This document shows positions 59,972 through 64,000 of a stretch of 64,000 bases of DNA, in pieces (position 1 is the stretch's first letter; every line of letters starts with the position of its first letter). The position numbers and the translations under genes were made by a program. The notes beneath the pieces were generated by a model. It saw only the letters and a list, made by a program, of their open reading frames with translations, had not been told where the DNA came from and searched no databases. The DNA comes from Malacoraja senta (lineage: Eukaryota), in NCBI GenBank assembly GCA_038087875.1, contig JAXLNO010000362.1, positions 124,001 through 188,000 on the forward strand. Direction: 5' to 3'.

Positions 59972-60885
59972 TAGAAACATAGAAACATAGAAAATAGGTG
60001 CAGGAGTAGGCCATTCGGCCCTTCGAGCCTGCACCGCCATTCAATATGATCATGGCTGATCATCCAACTCAGTATCCTGTACCTGCTTTCTCTCCGTACC
60101 CCCTGATCCCTTTAGCCACAAGGGCCACATCTAACTCCCTCTTAAATATAGCCAATGAACTGGCCTCAACTACCCTCTGTGGCAGAGAGTTCCAGGGATT
60201 CACCACTCTCTGTGTGAAAAAAGTTCTTCTCATCTCGGTTTTAAAGGATTTCCCCCTTATCCTTAAGCTGTGACCCCTTGTCCTGGACTTCCCCAACATC
60301 GGGAGCAATCGTCCTGCATCACATTACAGTCACATGTCTCAGAATTATGTTTTAAACATCTCTTTTATTTGATTTTTGGTCTAATTTGAGGAAGGACATT
60401 CTTGCTATTGAGGGAGTGCAACGTAGGTTCACCAGGTTAATTCCCGGGATGGCGGGACTGACATATGATGCAATAACGGATCTACTGGGCTTCTATTCAC
60501 TGGAATTTAGAAGGATGAGAGGGCATCTTATAGAAACATAAAAATCCTTAAGGGATTGGACAGGCAAGATGCAGGGAACATGTTTCCGATGTTGGGGGGA
60601 GTCCAGAACCAGGGGTCACAGTTTAAGAATAAGGGGTCGGCCATTTAGGACTGAGATGAGGAAAAATCGGTTTCACCCAGAGAGTTGTGAATCTGGAAAT
60701 TTCTCTGCCCCAGAAGGCAGTGGAGGCCAATTCACTGGTGGTTTTCAAGAGTTAGATTTAGCTCTTTGGGCTAACGGAATTGAGGGATATGGGGAGAAAG
60801 CAGGAACGGGGTACTGATTTTGGATGGTCTGCCATGATCATATTGAATGGCGGCCCCTACTCCTGTACGTATTTTCTATGTTTCC
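59972..60885. mobile_element. Two opposed CR1 3' fragments (59972-60320 minus; ~60375-60885 plus)
   Basis: CR1 C-terminal peptides and 3' UTR tails on opposite strands. Confidence 0.85.
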
Positions 60886-60979
60886 TCGCTGTATCTCTAA
60901 ACTAAACTAAACCCTTCCTATTACATTCCTGTCTGAATATCTTGTAAAAAGTCACGATTGTGCCCTTTCTAATGCTTCC

Positions 60980-63880
60980 TTTTTAAAAAATGTCAAAATA
61001 TACTTTATTCGAGAAATAAATATATCCAATAGATGATCCTTACAAGACTCCATCCAACATTCTTAGAGGCTATACATAAATTCAATAATGTTTACACAAA
61101 TTTATCCCCCACCCTTGCCACTCATGTGGCCCACTGGCATGGAATCCCTTCCCTTATTTTTGAGGGGCGTCTCCACCACACCCTGCCCATGTCCAGCAGC
61201 GGAAACGTCCCTGCGTAGAGGGACCACACCCCCCCCCCTCCACACCGAGCCTTGGCGTTGTCTGCACCAAGCTTCAGTGTGTCCCTCAGCACGTACTCCT
61301 GCAGTCTGCAGCGGGCCAGTCGGCAACATTCTCTGACAGACATCCCACTCCACTGGGTGGTCAACAAAGCTTGGGCAGACCAAAGGGCGTCTTTCACCGA
61401 GTTGATGACCTTCCAGCAGCACTCAATGTCAGTCTCTGAATGTGTCCCTGGGAACAGTCCGTAAATCTGTGACTGAGCTGTTCAGAAGTAATCGTGACAG
61501 GGACTCCTGCAAACATCTCCAGACTGTCTTTGCAAATCCACACTCTGCAGAGGTGGGCAACCGTCTCATCTCCATAGCAGCCGTCTCAAGGGCAGCGTGC
61601 GCTGGTAGTGAGGTTCCGATGGTGCAGAAAGGATCTGACTGGGAGGGCTCCCCTCACCGCCAGCCACGCCAGGTCTTGGTGCTTGTTGGTGAGTTGTGGT
61701 GATGAGGCATTTCGGCAGACAAGCTGGGCAGTCTGCTCTGGGAACCACGCCACTGGATCCATGGACTCATTTCGCTGCAGTGCCTGCAGGACGTTCCGTG
61801 CTGACCACTGCCCGATGGACATGTGGTCAAAGGTGTTGATCTGGAAGAACCTTTCCACAAACGACAGATGGTGCACAATGTCCAGCTGACTAGCATATTT
61901 CATGGCATCTGCCCCAGGCCCATTCTTCGCAACACCGGGGACAGGTAGAACCTCAACAGGTAGTGAAACTTGGTGCCCACATGCCTTGGCTCTACGCTCC
62001 GCCTGATGCAGCCACACACGGAAGTGGCCATCAGGATGAGTGTGACGTTGGGCCCGCTTTTACCCTTTGTCCGCCAACCTGTGTATTTTGTCCCATCGCA
62101 CCCGGTCCATCCTCGACCCCCGGATGAACTGAAAGACGGCCCGGGTGATCCCTGTGGCATAGGAGGGAGGGACAGGCCACACTTGTGCCAAGTACAGCAG
62201 CCCCGAGAGCACCTCACACCTGATGACCAAGTTCTTTTCCCGTTATAGAGAGGAGCGTTGCTTCCACAGCTCCAGTTTCTTCCCAACCTTGGCTATGCTC
62301 TCCAGAAAAATCTTGTCACATGCCTCAGCCCCCTCGAACCAGATCCCCAGCACCTTCAGGCTTGATGGTGAAGGGGATGGAAGAACGGTCGGGCCAGTTG
62401 CCAAAGAGCAAGGCCTCGCACTTCCTGCGGTTCACCCTGGCTCCCGTGGCCGACTCAAATTGGTCGCAGACGCTAATCAATCTGCGGACCAACCCTGGAT
62501 CCGAGCAGAAGACAGCGACATCGTCCATGTACAGGGAGGTTTTGACCCGACTGTCCCCACTGCCTGGCAATGTCATTCCTCTTATGCTCGCATCCTTCCT
62601 GATGGACTTGGCAAAAGGTTCAATACAACAGACGAACAAGACGGGGAGAGAGGGCAACACTGCCTGACTCCAGACCTGACGGGGAAGCTGTCTGATTCCC
62701 ACCCATTGATTTGGACTGCACTACAGATATCGGTGTAGAGCAGTTGGATCCAATTACTGATTCTTTCCTCAAAGCCCATTTTGGAGAACACGTCCCTCAT
62801 GTACGTGTGCAATGTCCTGTTGGAGGCCTTCTCCTGGTCCAAGCTGACCAGGCAGGCATCCACCTGTCTGTCCTGCATGTAGGAAATGGTATCTCTCAGC
62901 AGCGCCAGGATGTCTTTGATTTTTCTGCCAGGTACAGCACAGGTTTAGGTTGCATGGATCACCCATCCCAGGCCAGACATGACCCGGTTGACGATGGCCT
63001 TAGACAGCATCTTGTAATCAACATTCAATAATGTGATGGGTCTCCAATTCCTTATATCATTCATCTCCCCCTTATGCTTGTAGATTAGGGTGATGCTGCC
63101 CTTCCTCATAGAGTCTGACATGCTGCCGGTAGAGCATGTCACTGTGCACTTCCAGCAGGTCCGGGCCCACCCAGTCCCACATAGCTGAATACAACTCGGC
63201 CGGTAAGCCATCGCTTCTGGGAGTTTTACCCGAGTCAAAGGAACGGATGGAACCAGACAGCTCCTCTAGGGTCAGTTGTTGGTTCAGACGCTCCTGCTTG
63301 CTGTCCTCCAAGACCTCCGTGATAGAGGACAGGAAGTTCTGGGAGTCGTTGCTGTCTGTGGCCTTTCTGTCGCACAACTCCATAGAAAAGGATGTGAAGA
63401 TCCTCAGCATGTCTGTCTGCAAGGATGTTACCGAGCCGTCCTCCTCCCTAAGGCTGTTGATCACAGAGCTCCCCCTGTGAACCTTATGGAAGAATAAGCG
63501 TGAGCACGTCTCATCCTGCACCATGTGGCGGTCCCTGCATCGGAAGATGATCTTGGAGGATTCGGAGGTAAAGAGCTGAGTATTCCAGCCCTTCAACTGT
63601 CTAAGTTCCTCCCTCACATCCCCCTCTCGACTGCTGAATGAGCAGTTGCTACAATTCTGTCTGGAGTTGACACAATTCCCTCTGACTCTGCCTTGCTCTG
63701 TAAACCCCTTTAAATATGAATAACCTCGTGATGTTCTCCTGGGTTGCTTCCCACCAGTGTGTCAGGGAGTCAAAGAGGGGCCTCACCATTCTCCAACATG
63801 CATAGTCCCACTTTAGCTCCTCAATGTACTCTGGGTTAACAGCTTCACATTTAACTTCCACGTCCCTCTGCCTGCCTTCC
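60980..63880 (-). mobile_element. Tx1-like (L1 group) LINE, 5'-truncated and decayed
   Basis: NWRPITLLNVDYKMLSK, VSLDQEKA, SGVRQCCPLSP, SLYMDD, HQDLAWLAVRGALPVR; 3' AATAAAGTATATATTTTG tail. Confidence 0.9.
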
Positions 63881-64000
63881 GGTTCACATTAGTCAGCTGG
63901 AGCGGAGAGCCACGGTACATTACATCCACCACCAGCAGATGCCCCCCCCCCCAACCACCTCCCTGACCTCAGTGATGGCGAAGCTCCCTCCCCGCAGCAA

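Overview
Eukaryotic, highly repeat-rich vertebrate DNA. The repeat complement (HE1/V-SINE-type SINEs sharing a CR1/HER1 tail, CR1 with an SGNH ORF1, Penelope pLTR fragments, DIRS, Rex1, Tx1) points to a cartilaginous fish, probably a skate or ray (inference). The window lies inside one + strand Siglec/CD22/MAG-like inhibitory receptor gene. It has three paralogous C2-set Ig exons, a MAG-type membrane-proximal Ig exon (20320-20613) and an ITIM-bearing cytoplasmic exon (58800-58958). The Ig exons are 177-273 (broken by CR1), 8925-9204 (frameshifted) and 16954-17235 (intact); the middle one arose from an 8-9 kb intragenic tandem duplication. No transmembrane exon was found; it may lie in the assembly gap at 22069-22268. 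The introns hold nested transposons, including two near-full-length DIRS elements. The most unexpected item is a decayed, duplicated and inverted two-exon relic at 53.6-57.0 kb. Once a Penelope insertion is removed, it encodes a signal peptide plus a CxxC-x14-C-x8-C domain resembling the IZUMO1/SPACA6/TMEM95 gamete-fusion family. Most ORFs in the supplied track are transposon fragments or spurious. All family assignments come from motif recognition, not database searches.
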